A stretch of DNA of 64,000 bases from Octopus vulgaris (GCA_951406725.2 OX597829.1:14632001-14696000), one strand, 5' to 3'. Numbered from the stretch's first letter, positions 16,161 through 31,079 are shown. Numbers and translations are program-made. Notes: generated by a model not told the origin, from the sequence alone.

Positions 16161-16803
16161 AACTACCCATCTATTCATCCTTTATTAAATCTCCAAAAAA
16201 TCACAAAAGACTGCTCTTTTTTGTGATATTTTTTGTGATGCTTTTGTAACTTTAATAATAAAGCATATTACTCTACATCCGGTATTCGAGTACTATTTCT
16301 TCCCTCCTTATTTGACATTCATGTGTTTACTCTTATATATATATGAAACGTCCAATTTTGAATGCTTGCATGCATCAGACATATGTCATTCCTGTCGCCA
16401 ACCTTCAACTGTTTCCAAGTAAGTTAGGTAATATTTTACCGTACCCAGAAACCACTACGTTAAACGAAAAACACTTCTTGCATGACAGTGACACTCGTTT
16501 ACAAACTACTGTCCGAAGTCCATGCAAGGAAATAGTACAAAACAAACAAACAAACAAACAAAAAACAACAAAGAAACAAACACATACACAACAAGTCAAG
16601 TTGATCATTGACCTAACCATGATGTTCTGGTGATTTCATGAGCTAGATTTCTTTATTTTCATTCATTTGTGGATATACAATTGTATAATGCCAAAATTAT
16701 ACATTAATGCAGGCATATAAGTATAATTTCTTCCACACTGAAACTAAAGCTACATGAAGGAAGTAAAGGAAATGCCATAATTCTAAGGATGTGATGTGGT
16801 TCG

Positions 16804-16851
<48 letters not shown>

Positions 16852-17216
16852 TCATCTCTCATATCACCTGATTTTTTTATAGTTTGTAAAGGCATTTGTA
16901 TTTATATATGAATTAATAAATATAATTTGTTTATCCGCATAATTGCTTCTATATGTATTTAAATGTATATATACATACATATATGTATATATATATGTGT
17001 ATATATAGTTGTAAAATCCGCATCAAGTTTCATGTCGTAACTCGCCCGAATATTACGTGCGACTTCAAATGAAACTTAAAGACTGACTCCACCATGATAA
17101 TACATATATCTGCGTGTGTATGTATGTACGTATATATATATTTATATATATGTAAATAAAGATATATATGTGTGCTCGTGCGTATGCATAAATATACATA
17201 CATATATCTATCTATC

Positions 17217-17261
<45 letters not shown>

Positions 17262-17270
17262 TCATATATA

Positions 17271-18545
17271 TTGGGTTGGCAAGAAAATATCTTCGTTTCT
17301 CGCAAATAGAGTTACGATTCTTTTGATTGACTTTTGTCAATGTTATGATTTTATTTCCTTTTTGACATTTGATAGCCGCTACTTTTAGCTTACTTTAGAA
17401 GCAAATTGCGCGTTATTTTGTTTACAGCTGTTAGTTCAGTGTCAATTTTAACATGGAGAGCAAAAACGAATAATTTCGCCATATTATCCCTATTTATTTC
17501 CGTAGGGACACGAAAACTGATGAAACTCACAAAAAGATGTGTGAAGTTTATGGTGCTGATTGTTTAACAGAACGCACATGTCAGAAAGAGTTTAAAAATT
17601 CCGTTCTGGAGATTTTTTACCTCAAAGATGACCAACGTTCTGGTCAACCTACTGAAGTTGATGATGACCGAATCAAAGCAAGAATTGAATCTGATTGACA
17701 TGTAATAGTGCGAGAGATTTCAGAGAGGTTAAATGTATCACACACAAAGATTGAAAAATCACTTAAAATATGTTGAACTCGTTAAGAATCTCGATATTTA
17801 GGTTCCACATAAATTGAAAGAGATTCACTTAACACCACAAATCAATATTCGCGATGTGCATATCAAACGCACTGAAATCGACCACTTTTTTAAACGAATC
17901 ATCACTGGTGATGAAAAATGGAATTGTCTACAATAACATCAATCGAAAACAATCATGTTCCAAGTGTAATGAACCATCACAAACCACATCGAAAGCTGAA
18001 CTGAACCATTAAATGGTCATGCTGTCAATATTTGGTAGGATTACAAAGGTGTTATGTATTTCGAGCTGCTTCCAAAGAACCAAACAAGCAATTTAGATGT
18101 TTACTGCCAACAACTAATGAAACTGGAGGAAGTAATCAAAGAAAAACGGCCAGAATTAGCAAATCATAAAGGAATCGTGTTCCACCATGACAACGCTAGG
18201 TCACACACGTTTTTGGTAACTTGTGAAAAATTATTGGATCTTGGTTGGGAAAGAATGTCACACCCACCAGGTAGCCCTGGCCTTTAACTATCAGATTACC
18301 ATCTATTTCGATGTTTGCAAAAGTCTTTCAATTGTAAAACTTTCAATAATGATGATGACCTGAAATCGCACTTGCTTCAGTTTTTGGTTAAGGACCAAAT
18401 GTTCTATGAGCGAGGAATCATGAAGTTACCCGAAAAATGTCAAAAGGTAATCAAAGAAAATGGAAAATGTATGATTGATTAAAGTTCAGTCTTTCTTTGA
18501 AAAGAAAAATGACTTTTATTTCACCGAAACTACTTTCTTGCCAAC

Positions 18546-18549
<4 letters not shown>
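17271..18549 (+). mobile_element. Full-length mariner (DD34D), transposase degraded
   Basis: TA-flanked TIRs ttgggttggcaagaaa / tttcttgccaacccaa; (W)VPHKL, ITGDEKW, HHDNARSH, SPGL, SDYHLF. Confidence 0.93.
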
Positions 18550-18607
<58 letters not shown>

Positions 18608-18649
18608 AACACACTTTCATGCATGTACACAGACGCACACACGCATGTA

Positions 18650-18698
<49 letters not shown>

Positions 18699-19002
18699 GC
18701 GTATAAAACGATTTTACTTGACGAAACCGGTCTACGATTAATTCTGTATTTTGTATATTTTCATCTGTCTTACCCGCTTTTGTTCTGATGTTTGCTGAAT
18801 TTCTCTAGAGAACATTCTTTTCTTTGTGGTTAGATCGTAGGTGATCTTCTAGTATATTGGATGTCCAATTAGTGGTTATCCCTTTTATACGCATGAATTA
18901 CAATTTTTCTGAATGTTCAGATTTTTCTATATGCTAGGCTCCTGGTTTTAAATTGATGTTAATGAAATTAATATTCAATTTATCACCCTCATTATATATA
19001 CA

Positions 19003-19056
<54 letters not shown>

Positions 19057-19199
19057 TGTGTGTGTGTGATGCATTTATAACTAGCATTCTTTGTTTTCCC
19101 TTAACGACAGAAAGTATCTATTCCTATCTCCCATTCCTAAATATTTGACTTCGTTCTTCTCTTACTCCTTGACTTTATTTCTTCATACATTTGTTTATT

Positions 19200-20170
19200 T
19201 TTAAATTCTATTCTTTCAGATTTACCATTAATCACATTCTTTGTCATGCAGTTGTTAAACTTGCTTTCATTTTTATGTGCAGTTACATGTTATATTATCT
19301 TTTCCGGTTCTGTAAGCGGAGTTGTTACTGGTAGTCAGATTTGCTCTTCTTGTAACAATGTTTTCATTTTCCTTAGATATGGGTTCCACCGCCTATTGTA
19401 TGGCGCTGTTTGGACTAGTTTTTGTTATGGATGAGCTTTTATCATTTCGTCGTTGTTTGTTTTGTTTTGATCTGTGGCTTTTTTCGTAAGCCCCCTCTAG
19501 CTTTGTCCTACTGTTATTCCATTTGTTTACATAGAATTCTAGACTGTGAGAAGTCGCATAAGCTAATTTCACAATATGCTCGTCGATGATTTTGTAATAT
19601 TTGGAACGATTGGGGATACTTCGATATTTGGATCTCCAAAAAGAATTCCTGGCCTATTTTGAATTTTATTTGTGAATTAAAAAATGAGTTAAACCAATTA
19701 CTTTCATCACTTCTTATACTATTTCATTTGATATATTTGTTGGGTTTCTTACTGTATTTAGTTTTATTTGTTTCTACTATCTGTTTATTATTACTATCTA
19801 CGTCTATCGGCCCCTTTCTTTCTACCTTTGCCTGTTGCTTCGTGGATCCTGTCTTATATATATCCTTCTTAGTGTTGTGGCTCCTATTTTCCATTTTGGT
19901 CCCTAATATATTTACTGTCTTTTCTTTTAGGGTCTGGTATTTTGTGGTTATTCACAGGATTATCTCTAATATTTATAACGCTCTCTGCATATTGAGCCTT
20001 CTATGTCCTATTGTGTACTTATACTATTCTATTTTTGTATCCTGCCCAAGCTAGTGGTGAACTGTAATATTCGGTGTGCATGTTGAATAGCTGTTCGTCC
20101 GCGGATAATCTGGAATAGTCTAGATATTCTGTTAGTCACACTTCACGGAATACTTCGAGAATTGTGTCTA
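19200..20170 (-). mobile_element. Heavily decayed retroelement remnant, possibly PLE
   Basis: A-rich minus strand with only weak motif hints. Confidence 0.3.
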
Positions 20171-20189
20171 ACACATAATACATATGCAC

Positions 20190-20242
<53 letters not shown>

Positions 20243-20469
20243 CGTATATATATATATATATGAATAGAGAGAGAGAGAGAGAGAAATGTTCATAAAAGTT
20301 TATGAATATATGTTCATACATAGAAATAAAAGTCGCAGTACACACACATACACGTGTGTGTGTGCGTGAGTGTGATTTTGTACCTTTAAGTATGTCCTTC
20401 TGTGTCAGATAATTTCTGGGTGGTTGGGTTTCACATTACCACTCCGGTATGTGCTCTTACCCTGGTTGT

Positions 20470-20860
20470 TGACTCATCTGGTGTATGAGATAGTTTGGCA
20501 CTGCTGCCCTCATCTGTACTTCACGCCGTACCCTCGAATCATCAAGTACTGTGGAGAGGAGAATGAATGGTTCTTTGTGAAGACATCTATATCCACATTG
20601 TGTAGGTTTCTTAATTTTAGTGTTAAGATGTGGGTCTTTGAACCCTAAGCTATTGCAGTATCTGGTCTTGAATTTAGATGTAGTGGACAGTACAACAACA
20701 CAATGGATATAATATGTAGATTATTGCATTTCAATCACGTCATTGCTCCAGGGTGTCAAGTCGTAGTCTTGTCAGCCTCTCATTGCAGCGCATTTTCTGC
20801 ACCCTTACAATATTTTTAGTGTTGTGACGTTGGGCTTCTTCAGGCTCCGTTGTTAGTTTG
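20470..20860 (-). mobile_element. CR1/L2-like LINE 3' fragment
   Basis: Reverse complement shares gtggatatagatgtcttc...cagatgagggcagca with 25195-25435 and 39900-40222. Confidence 0.6.
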
Positions 20861-20912
20861 GCACAATGTGGAGAAGATAGAGTACATATGCTTGTATATA
20901 TGTATGTATATA

Positions 20913-21217
20913 GGAGGCGCAATGACCAGTGGTTAGGACAGCGGACTCGCGGTCATGGGATCGCAGTTTCGATTCCCAGACCGGGCGTTGTGTGTGTTTA
21001 TTGAGCGAAAACATCTAAAAGGTCCATGAGGCTCCGGCAGGGGGTGGCGACAATTCCTGCTGTACTCTTTCACCACTCTTTCTCTCACTCTTTCTTCTGT
21101 TGGCCTGGTCGCTTAGCCAGCGGATGGCGTCGTTTGAAAGCTAAAACAATGCGAACGCATTGTGACCAGCGATGTGTAGCAACAACTGATAGTCTGGTCC
21201 GTCACGTGATCACGTGA
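20913..21217 (+). mobile_element. tRNA-derived SINE family B
   Basis: ggaggcgcaatg..cagtggttagg...gtttcgattcc head; ends tcacgtgatcacgtga. Confidence 0.9.
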
Positions 21218-21719
21218 TATGTATGTATATATGTATGTATGCATATACGTACGTATGTGCGTATGTGTGTTTTGTTGCATCAAGAGAGAGTCATTAAGCT
21301 AATATTAATAACAAACGCACTGATTCAATTCCGCTTCTTTATTATTAGTAAATTGGTTAAATATCCAACAAAGCTATCGATTGTTTGTTTAAACAATAAG
21401 TTGTTTTTTTATTTTATTTTTTGTCAAAGCTATTTCGCTTCTATTTGCAATTTTTTCAGTGACTTTTCTTTTTGTCTATTATGGAGGCCTCGTTTATCTG
21501 TCTGAGACATTGTTGCGTGTGTATTAGTGCGTGCCAGCGTGTGCATGTGCTTGCGTATTCACATATGTATGTCGATATTCTTCTGCGTGTGTATTCCTGT
21601 GACTGGCAAACACACCCGTGCGCGCATTAAGATCTCAGACAGTCAAACGAACTAAGAGAAACGTCACTGAAATGGCTGCAAATAGCAGCGAGAGCTTTGA
21701 CAAAGGAAAAACGGCCACT

Positions 21720-22200
21720 TAGGCATCGTGGTAGGATATTGAAGCGCTGTGGGCCCCTGAAACCCAACCTGTGGCAGTATGTGGCCCCGTATCCTGATGG
21801 CAATGTTGGGACTTTTGGTGTTACGCAGTAGTGCCCTGTTCTGCTGTTTGTGTAACTTTCAAGACCAAAGTTTGGTACAACTACGATTTTCAAGGTGTAT
21901 ATCGTTGCATACCTTCCTGGCTTATTTTTTCTCCGGGCAAAAGTGTTTTAACTTTTTCAGTAGCAATCATGTATTGAGACGCTTTACTTTACAAAGCTTC
22001 ACTGAATTAATTCAAGATACATCGTTAATTTTAGATCATGTGGTAACCATTATTGGGAGCATTTATCTAAACGGCCAAGGACAAATGTACTCCAGTGGAT
22101 CATCATGGCTTTCTGTTCCTTCGCTGAGCATTTTCTAAGGATCCATCCGGCCAATCGTCTGCATTATATTGCCATCATCTTAGTAATACGCACATGGAAA
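21720..22200 (-). mobile_element. CR1-like LINE ORF2 C-terminal fragment
   Basis: VVPNFGLESYTNSRTGHYC...LGFRGPQRFNILP. Confidence 0.7.
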
Positions 22201-22227
22201 ACTGTATCATTACTCATATCAATGCCA

Positions 22228-23332
<1,105 letters not shown>

Positions 23333-23372
23333 GTGTGTGTATGTATGTGTGTGTGTGTGTGTGTGTATGTGT

Positions 23373-23678
23373 GGAGGCGCAATGGCCCAGTGGTTAGGGC
23401 AGCGGACTCGCGGTCGTAGGATCGCGGTTTCGATTCCCAGACCGGGTGTTGTGAGTGTTTATTGAGCGAAAACGCCTAAAGCTCCACGAGGCTCCTGCAG
23501 GGGGTGGTGGTGATCCCTGCTGTACTATTTCGCCGCAACTTTCTCTCACTCTTTCTTCTGTTGGCCTGCTCGCTTAGCCAGCGGGTTGGCGTCATTTGAA
23601 GGCTAAAACAATGCGAAGCGCATTGTGACCAGCGATATGTAGCAACATCCGATAGCCTGGTCGGTCACCATGATCACG

Positions 23679-23682
<4 letters not shown>
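23373..23682 (+). mobile_element. SINE family B; extra 3' fragment at 23843-23902
   Basis: Family match, microsatellite-flanked. Confidence 0.9.
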
Positions 23683-23721
<39 letters not shown>

Positions 23722-24007
23722 ATCTATTCAAGATGTTGCTTTTTAGTGAGTAGTAAGTGACAAATTGTAAAATATATAATCTGCGTGTAGCTAAGAGGGG
23801 TTAAATGTTGTTTCCCAAAGATCTGATTTTCCGTAGATTTTCCGAAGCGCATTATGACCAGCGATGTGTAGCAACGTCTGATGACCTGGTCGGTTACGGT
23901 GATATATATATATATATATACAGGTACACACTGATATACACACACTCTCACACACATACACACACCTACACACACATACACACATATATATATATGTATA
24001 TATCTGG

Positions 24008-24067
<60 letters not shown>

Positions 24068-24695
24068 TTGGACCACGCTACATGTCTTAATTTGAGAACT
24101 GAACTTCTTGGATTATATCCACGTATGACAAAATACTTGTTACAGTTTTTGGCCACCCATGAACACGGATAGAATCTGCATTTTTATAATGTTCGTGCAC
24201 AAGCCTTCCATGTCTTAACATTTTTATTGTTTTATATATATATTTTTTTCGTTTTCAATTGTTAAGATTGAGTACGTGTGTGAGTATATGTATATGAATG
24301 TATATGAGTGTAAGACTGTGTCCGGTGCATAAGTACGAGATTCATGCACACGTCCCCTTCTTTTATACGGTTAACGTATATGCTTGTATATCTACAGTTG
24401 ATAGGAGGATGTATATGTATACATCCTCCTATCACACGCTTTGCACTGGACACAGTCTTACACTCATATACATTCATATACATATACTCACACAAGTATA
24501 CATATAAGTATGCTCACACGAGGGCGCTACATCATTTGAGTTATGCGGAAAATATTCCATCAATATTGCACAAATTATGTTGGCATCAATTTTAAAATCC
24601 ATCCAAGACTTAGCTCTCGTGTTATCCACCCACTACAAAAGTCGAACTCGGTACACAAGGCAACATTACGTCACAAGTACTGTACCTCAGCCACA

Positions 24696-24765
24696 GCCAT
24701 ATGGCGTAGTGATTAAGCGCGCAGGCTACTAACCACAAGATTCCGAGTTCGATTCCTGGCAGAGA

Positions 24766-24837
<72 letters not shown>

Positions 24838-25032
24838 TAATAATGACAAAGACATCGAAAAATACCTTAGGAATGAGAACCCGGGTTCGAAATTTCCCCA
24901 AGACACCTGATGAAGGCTGGAGGGTATCAGCCGAAACGTTGTGTTAACGACAAACAAGATGAGGACAAGTATCCGTCAATTGTAAATAATAAAAATAATG
25001 TACATATTTCCTCATCTCTTAAATATAGAACT
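24696..25032 (+). mobile_element. tRNA-headed short element with (AAT)n and a hammerhead ribozyme
   Basis: A box tggcgtagtgattaag, B box gagttcgattcc, (AAT)n at about 24770-24845, HHR 24902-24945. Confidence 0.8.
24902..24945 (+). ncRNA. Minimal type I hammerhead ribozyme
   Basis: gacac CTGATGA a ggctg-gagggtat-cagcc GAAA cg TT gtgtt. Confidence 0.82.
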
Positions 25033-25162
25033 GGAAGAATAACTCTTTGCTAGAGTGGGCTATCATACCCAATATATGACTAAAAGACTCCAGCAGGTGG
25101 TGATATTAAGTTAGACATGGCCTAGGCCTATACTGGCTGAAACCTATCAAAGTTTTCAAAGT

Positions 25163-25194
<32 letters not shown>

Positions 25195-25196
<2 letters not shown>

Positions 25197-25435
25197 ATCT
25201 TTCCAAAATGCGTGAGAGACCTGCATGGTGTGGATGTTGGTATCTTTAAAGCAAAACTGGATATCCTACTGGGAAGGGTGCCAGATGAGTCTACCTCGCG
25301 GCAGGAAACACAGATGAGGGTAGCAGCATGAAACTCCCTCATTCACTAAATTCCACATATCAGAGGATGTTTGAGATGATGGCGTACCAGACACAACGGT
25401 AGTACCTCAGCACGACCGCAGCTTTAAAGCTGAAT
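25195..25435 (+). mobile_element. CR1-like LINE 3' end
   Basis: RDLHGVDVGIFKAKLDILLGRVPDE followed by tail ...cagcacgaccgcagc. Confidence 0.75.
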
Positions 25436-25732
25436 TAATTTAAAGAGTTATATAACTATGCATATATGTGTGTGTATTATATATATGTGTGTTTATATAC
25501 GTGCGTGTGTGTCTGTATATGTATGTATATATATATATATGTGTGTGTGTGTATGTGTGTGTATGTATATATTCATATGCGTGTGTATATGCATATATAT
25601 ACATGTATATATATATGTATATATATGTATATATATATATGTATTTATATATGTGTATATATATATGTATAAAAGTATATATATATATGCATATATACAT
25701 GCATATGTATATGTATATATTTATATATATGC

Positions 25733-25767
<35 letters not shown>

Positions 25768-26397
25768 CATATATATATGTATGTATGGGTGTGTGTGTAT
25801 TTGTAAGTATATGTATATAAATAGTATATAAATATTAATATACATACATACGTGTATATATATGTATATATATATGTATATACATATATATATAAATATT
25901 AGATAGATAGGTAGAGATATGTATGTATGTATGTATGTGTTTGTGTGAGAGAGAGAAAGAGAGGGGTGAAGGAGAGAAACTCGGAGAATTAGAAATAAAT
26001 GACGCACAACGATTTGTCCGACGCACTCAGAAGTGTGCAAGCTCGACTCGGCGTATAATAACATTAAAAGTACCCTTTAATAGCATTGCAATCGTTTAAA
26101 CCCTACTCTCTGACGAAGGTAAACCAGCTCATTAGTACCCGAACCTCTATAAATTTATGGAATGTTTCCAATACCCAGGTGAGCAGGATGCAGTGAAAAG
26201 CATTTTATAATTGAACCCCACACCCTCCGTCGTGTTTATTCAGCCCTTCCCGAATGTTTTTTCAATATGGTTCTGTGAATCTGTTCGTTTATATATATCG
26301 GCTTTTATTTCATCTCAGTGTTGATCCGTGATGGCGTTTTTGTTATGTTTGGCAGCGATCCGTCTTATAAATACACACATACACTCAGAATGAATCA

Positions 26398-26580
26398 CTG
26401 TCCTCGTCGCCATCGTCGTCGTCATCATCATCATCGTCATCATCATCATTTCTACTAATACCACTACCACATTCTTCTTCTTCTTCTTCTTCTTCTTCTT
26501 CTTCTTCTTCTTCTTCTTCTTCTTCTTCTTCTTCTTCTTCTTCTTCTTCTTCTTCTTTTTCTTCTTCTTCTTCTTCTTCT
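26398..26580. repeat. (TCA/TCG)n and (TCT)n trinucleotide repeats
   Basis: Direct inspection. Confidence 0.95.
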
Positions 26581-26654
26581 ACACGCACATGCATAATTTA
26601 TTTAGTCAAGCAAATAGGTTATCTAAATTACGTATGAAAATGTTTATATATGTA

Positions 26655-26716
<62 letters not shown>

Positions 26717-26959
26717 CTGTATATGTATATATATCTATATATATGTATGTATATATATGTGTGTGTGTCTGTCTGTCTGTATATGTATATATATCTATCT
26801 ATTTATATACATGTATATATATGTACATATATATATATGTATATATGTGCATATATATGTATATATATATATGTATATATATGTATATATATGTATATAT
26901 ACATATGTATATATTTGTACGTATATATGTATAGATATATGTACATATACATGTACAGG

Positions 26960-27000
<41 letters not shown>

Positions 27001-27659
27001 ATACATATATCTATACATATATATTTGTAAAAATATATATATGTATATATAGCGAAGACACTGAAGAGGATCCGAAGTGTGACGTGAGTGACATCGCACA
27101 CAATAACACTTTCACCTGAAATTATTTACAGCTAATTCTTCTGAATTTCTTCAGAGCATCATAAGAAGCCTCGAAAATTAAAAAAACACCCCGAGTTTGG
27201 TGGACAACAATGATTGTGATCACAATTCTCATTTCCATGCGTAACAAAAATGGATGTAACATTTTCAAGATAAACATGTTTCCTACCTCCAAAATATGTT
27301 AGATCTTGAAGAAATTGTTTTTGGAATATCTGGTTAAAAATGAACCATTTCAATATACCTTTATAGGTATATTGTGACTTTTCTGGGCATTCTAAAAAGT
27401 TTAAAAAACCTGTTTCGGTTTAACTTTCATGAGAATGGCCTATTTTGGAAACAGTGGTTAATGTAATTTAGTATATTTCAAAAACAAAGAAAAAAATAAG
27501 GTCAAAATATAATCTACGATGAATTTGATCTCTTTTGATCCTCCTTGGCCCATTATTTTATGGCATAATATAACATAGTTCTCTTAATACAATAATATTG
27601 TTCTATAGTTCGCTTTTCTTTCCCATACACACCGATGAACACGGATATTATGTACTAAC

Positions 27660-28030
27660 GGAAAGAGCATGATCACGGATACTGGAAGCTGAAATGGGGT
27701 CCCCCCAAAGGATTTCTAGAGTAACGTTACTCGACATAGTGAGTAGCTCGGAGATCAGGGTGTCTCTCTCTCAGGGCTAAGTCGCTACTTCACATTGAAA
27801 GGTCACAAATTCAGTACTAATGACTTGTGATTTCAATCTGGCATGAAAAAATTGCAAGGCAGATTCTTCAATTCAAGCCAACCAGCAAGAGACCTAAGGG
27901 TAGATCAAGAACGAGATGGCTGGATAATAACTATATTCACAGTTTGTTCCATTTGGGAATCCATTCGAAAGTATAATTATAGCCGTTTCTGAGAGGAACT
28001 TATAGAGGTCTTCTGACGACTCTACACACA
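27660..28030 (+). mobile_element. RTE-like LINE 3' fragment
   Basis: IARQILQFKPTSKRPKGRSRTRWLDN. Confidence 0.6.
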
Positions 28031-28640
28031 TGAATCTCTCAGGAATAATGGAAGAGATGGATGGATAGATTATTCATTGAAAATGAAACAATATCTACAA
28101 TGCTTTGATCCCCTTCGATCCTTGATTGACTATCATTTCATGACATAAGAACATGTATTTAGATTTAATGTAAAAAATTTGTTCCACAACAAGATTCCTT
28201 CTGATCCAATTTATTGCGATCAAAGGTGTTTTAACCGTGAATTTTCCGCTGTTTTCATCTTCTTTGGTATATTTTGAGCGCAGGCTTCCTTACTTCATGG
28301 TTCCGACTTCTCTCCAACTGAATAGTACCTTGGGCACACTAAAGCCTTGAGTGTTGATTTGGGAGACGAGAACACATATACATGTACAAGTTTAGTGATG
28401 CAAATAGGAAAACTAGAACTAAAAGTATTAGTATATATATATTTACATTTTTCATTATTATTTAGCAGAAGCAACAGAGTGACTCATAAGCCAATCGTTT
28501 TGTGCGTTACCGCTTATCAAACTAGTTACAGATCCAGGGGTTATGAATTTATATAACGGTGATGATATTTCCATAAATAGTTCTAAAACAAATTATAAAA
28601 CAATTACGATGACACGTTTGTAATTGTGCTAATTCTGTTC

Positions 28641-28853
28641 ATACCTATTTCTTTACTACCCACAAGGGACTAAACACAGAGGGGAGAAACAAGGACAGAC
28701 AAACGAATTAAGTCGATTACATCGACCCCAGTACGTAACTGGTGCTTAATTTATCGACCCCGAAAGGATGAAAGGCAAAGTCAACCTCAAGCGGAATTTG
28801 AACTCAGAACGTAACGGCAGATGAAATACGACTTTTTTTGCCAGCTCGCCGCC
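28641..28853 (-). mobile_element. SINE family C
   Basis: Family match; ctaattctg repeated on both flanks. Confidence 0.88.
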
Positions 28854-29159
28854 TTTCTAATTCTGCTAAATAGCAAAAACTAGTATACATATATATGTGT
28901 GTCTGTCTGTGAGCGCGCGTACATGTGTTTTACTATCCGTCCTCCAGTATAACTTTACAACCGTTGTTGTTTAGTTTACGTCCCTGTAACTTAGTAGATT
29001 GACAAAAGTGATCGACAGGATAAACAGCAGACAAAATAATATCGTAAGAAATGTCGATTTGTTCGACTTCAGACGGTGCTGTGAAACAATTAAAAGGTAT
29101 TAATTCTTATCATTCATTAAGGGTAAAATACTATAAAACATTTAATGGAATGCTTACAG

Positions 29160-29220
<61 letters not shown>

Positions 29221-29222
<2 letters not shown>

Positions 29223-29385
29223 CGCAGGAGTGGCTGTGTGGTAAGTAGCTTGCTAACCGACCATATGGTTCCGGGTTCAGTCCCACTGCGTGGCATCTTG
29301 GGCAAGTGTCTTCAGCTATAGCCCCGGGCCGACCAATGCCTTGTGAGTGGATTTGGTAGACGGAAACTGAAAGAAGCCTGTCGTA

Positions 29386-29448
<63 letters not shown>

Positions 29449-29650
29449 CTGTGTTTCTCCCCCTAGCGTTGCCTGACAACCGATGCTGCTGTGTCACCTA
29501 GCGGTTCGGCAAAAGAGACCGATAGAATAAGTACTGGGCTTACAAAGAATAAGTCCCGGGATCGATTTGCTCGACTAAAGGCGGTGCTCCAGCATGGCCG
29601 CAGTCAAATGACTGAAACAAGTAAAAGAGTAAAAGAGTAAAGAATAAGAG
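29221..29650 (+). mobile_element. SINE family A, full length
   Basis: tRNA-like head, cttgggcaagtg core, internal TA/GT microsatellite, tail ggcggtgctccagcatggccgcag...(gtaaaaga)n. Confidence 0.92.
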
Positions 29651-29662
29651 TATATATATATA

Positions 29663-30206
29663 ACATCTAATATAGGATAAAATTTTTCGAAAAAAATTTT
29701 ATCAATGGCCAGCATATTCAAAAATACCTTTTACGGTTAAATTTGTAAACAACTTATAAACAAGGGCAACATAAAAAAAAATTCTAATGCCAAAAATGCC
29801 AAAACTAGACACATCGTCCATAACCATATAATTCATCACTATAAGCACGCATTTCGAAGAAAGCCGAAGAAATTTCTATAAAATTCCGTTATTATCATAT
29901 CGGACCCGATTTCAGATTTAGTTCATAAGAACCTTCTCTTCGTCAGTGATAAATGCAGCAAAGAAATAAATGAAATACTTACTTATACCCATGAAAGAAG
30001 CAACCACTAAGTCATGAGCACAATTAAGTACCCCAAATATATCCAAGATAGAAATTCTCCAGCCCATTCGAGACACGTGCGATTCGAACTGAAAACTCTC
30101 ATAGTGAGAGAGTCCGGAAGGGAACACTATTAAATTTACATCTAATAGAGGATAACATTTTTCGAAAAAATTGTATCAATGGCCAGCATATTAAAAAATA
30201 TCTTTT

Positions 30207-30207
<1 letters not shown>
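29663..30207 (-). mobile_element. Terminally redundant unit (PLE pseudo-LTR or retrozyme-like) with degenerate long-stem HHR
   Basis: Direct repeats 29663-29732 and 30138-30207; minus-strand CTGACGA (29940-29946) ... CGAAA (29852-29856). Confidence 0.65.
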
Positions 30208-30244
<37 letters not shown>

Positions 30245-30255
30245 GAGAGACAGAG

Positions 30256-30286
<31 letters not shown>

Positions 30287-30297
30287 CAGACAGACAG

Positions 30298-30330
<33 letters not shown>

Positions 30331-31079
30331 GAGACAGACAGAGAGAGATTATTTTATACAGTTTGATTCGGTTCTATTACGTTTCGAGCCTAGGCTCTTC
30401 AACAGAAAGGAATAAGAGAAAATAAACAGAGAGGGAATACAAAAAAAAAACTTGTGGATTTAGCGGTCAAGCATGGCGTCCGCGCATACACACCGGCCTT
30501 ACTTTTGCGACATTCAGACATCTCGGCGCCATCAGCTACATATCAATCCACGCAGTGAAATAAATTATTTTTTCTAAATGAACTGGTATCGCTGAGCAAC
30601 TGATATTCTTTGACAACACCATGTAAGCCGCGTTGACTAACAAGCCGTCTATCTTCCGGTAGCCATCCTGGATTTCCTATATATCTCCATTCGGTAATCT
30701 AATGCTTGAAAGAGACGAGCTTCTGTTGGAGGCCAGCGAAAATTTCAGGCCTTAGATTACCAAATGGAGAGATACAAGAAGTTCAAGATGTGTGCGCGCG
30801 CAAATATGGAGATATTTAACTCGGCCACCCCCTCACTACAATGACGCTGTGGTTAGGAGTGGTTTTACCGAGAAGTTAAACACATAGAGAGGACTACAAA
30901 CTCCCAGAAGAGGACCAGAAAGATTAATATAATCTCATTTAGTCCTCCAGTCAGCCTAGAAGTTTCCACTAACGCATCTAGGAGCTTCCTATCGTTGGAC
31001 GTAAACATGCATCTGCACAACCCCCAACTCGAACCTTCAACCTTAGAAACGCTACTAGCTTCCCTCGAATAATGGTATG

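Noticed and set aside
18720-18732. HHR 3' halves: GAAA-ccgg-TC here and GAAA-cgcgcg-TT on minus at 43692-43708
   Set aside because: No matching CUGANGA or stem I; probably pseudo-LTR debris
19659-20054. 131-aa hydrophobic ORF resembling a membrane protein
   Set aside because: T-rich antisense of an A-rich retroelement remnant
24696-24760. tRNA gene (apparent ACT anticodon)
   Set aside because: Imperfect cloverleaf and part of a larger repeat; treated as a SINE head
26105-26145. CTGACGA...tacccgaa; also 27061 CTGAAGA and 53250-53275 minus CTGACGA + stem
   Set aside because: GAAA, stem III or cleavage triplet missing
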